Shown in pieces: positions 63,824 to 64,000 of a DNA stretch of 64,000 nt. A model generated the notes under the pieces. It worked only from the letters and a program-made list of their open reading frames with translations, had not been told where the DNA came from and ran no database searches. The position numbers and the translations under genes were made by a program. The number at the start of each line of letters is the position of its first letter. Positions within the stretch are counted from its first letter, which is position 1. This stretch comes from an uncultured delta proteobacterium. GTDB lineage: Bacteria > Myxococcota_A > Polyangia > Polyangiales > Polyangiaceae. The stretch is from NCBI GenBank assembly GCA_963716725.1, contig CAVQUB010000004.1, forward strand, positions 64,001 to 128,000, read 5' to 3'.

Positions 63824-64000
63824 TCAAGCGCTTCCGCTGATCTTGTTCGGCGAGCTGACCAGCGACAAACGCCGAGCCTCGGGGGCGAAGGCCGCAGCCA
63901 GGAGCTGAAAGAGGCCCAGACTGGCCACGATTCCGGCGCAAACCAGGCCCACGGCCGTGGCCGGGTAGGTGAGATAGCCGGTGGCAGCATCGGCCAAGGT
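63824..64000 (-). CDS. Membrane protein, C-terminal fragment (runs off window)
   Basis: Open frame TLADAATGYLTYPATAVGLVCAGIVASLGLFQLLAAAF...KISGSA ending at TGA 63824. Confidence 0.5.
   Translation of the reverse strand, partial: TLADAATGYLTYPATAVGLVCAGIVASLGLFQLLAAAFAPEARRLSLVSSPNKISGSA

Overview
GC-rich bacterial DNA whose gene content (FHA, PEGA/TonB, MYXO-CTERM, zinc-ribbon-GYF and many Pro/Ala-rich lipoprotein genes, plus a Hanks kinase) points to a myxobacterium, probably Polyangiaceae-like; this taxonomy is inferred. Most of the window is core or housekeeping: citrate synthase, gltB/gltD, plsB-like/gpsA/plsC, an LptD-like gene, tolC, map, rpsP-khpA-rimM-trmD and rpmB. Single-base indels break gltB, the LptD-like gene and an SCP2 gene, which looks more like long-read consensus error than decay. 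Two accessory islands stand out. (1) At 21111-22302, an internally deleted IS630-type element with intact ends carries a GxxExxY (PD-(D/E)XK) nuclease gene that has its own ~34-bp terminal inverted repeats. (2) At 45439-50254, a ~4.8-kb IS1182-like element is bounded by a TCAGG duplication at the stop codon of a Fic gene. It carries a structured non-coding leader, a DUF222-like/HNH/RuvA-C-like nuclease gene with an in-frame hairpin insertion, and a nested IS4 copy with an 8-bp target duplication. Apparent pseudo-enzymes also occur: a histone-H1-like/charged-helix/Fic protein lacking the catalytic His, a compact GGT-fold protein lacking the Thr nucleophile, and a NifU domain with FxxC. No rRNA, tRNA or CRISPR array was seen. 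All family assignments come from reading motifs by eye; no database search was run.
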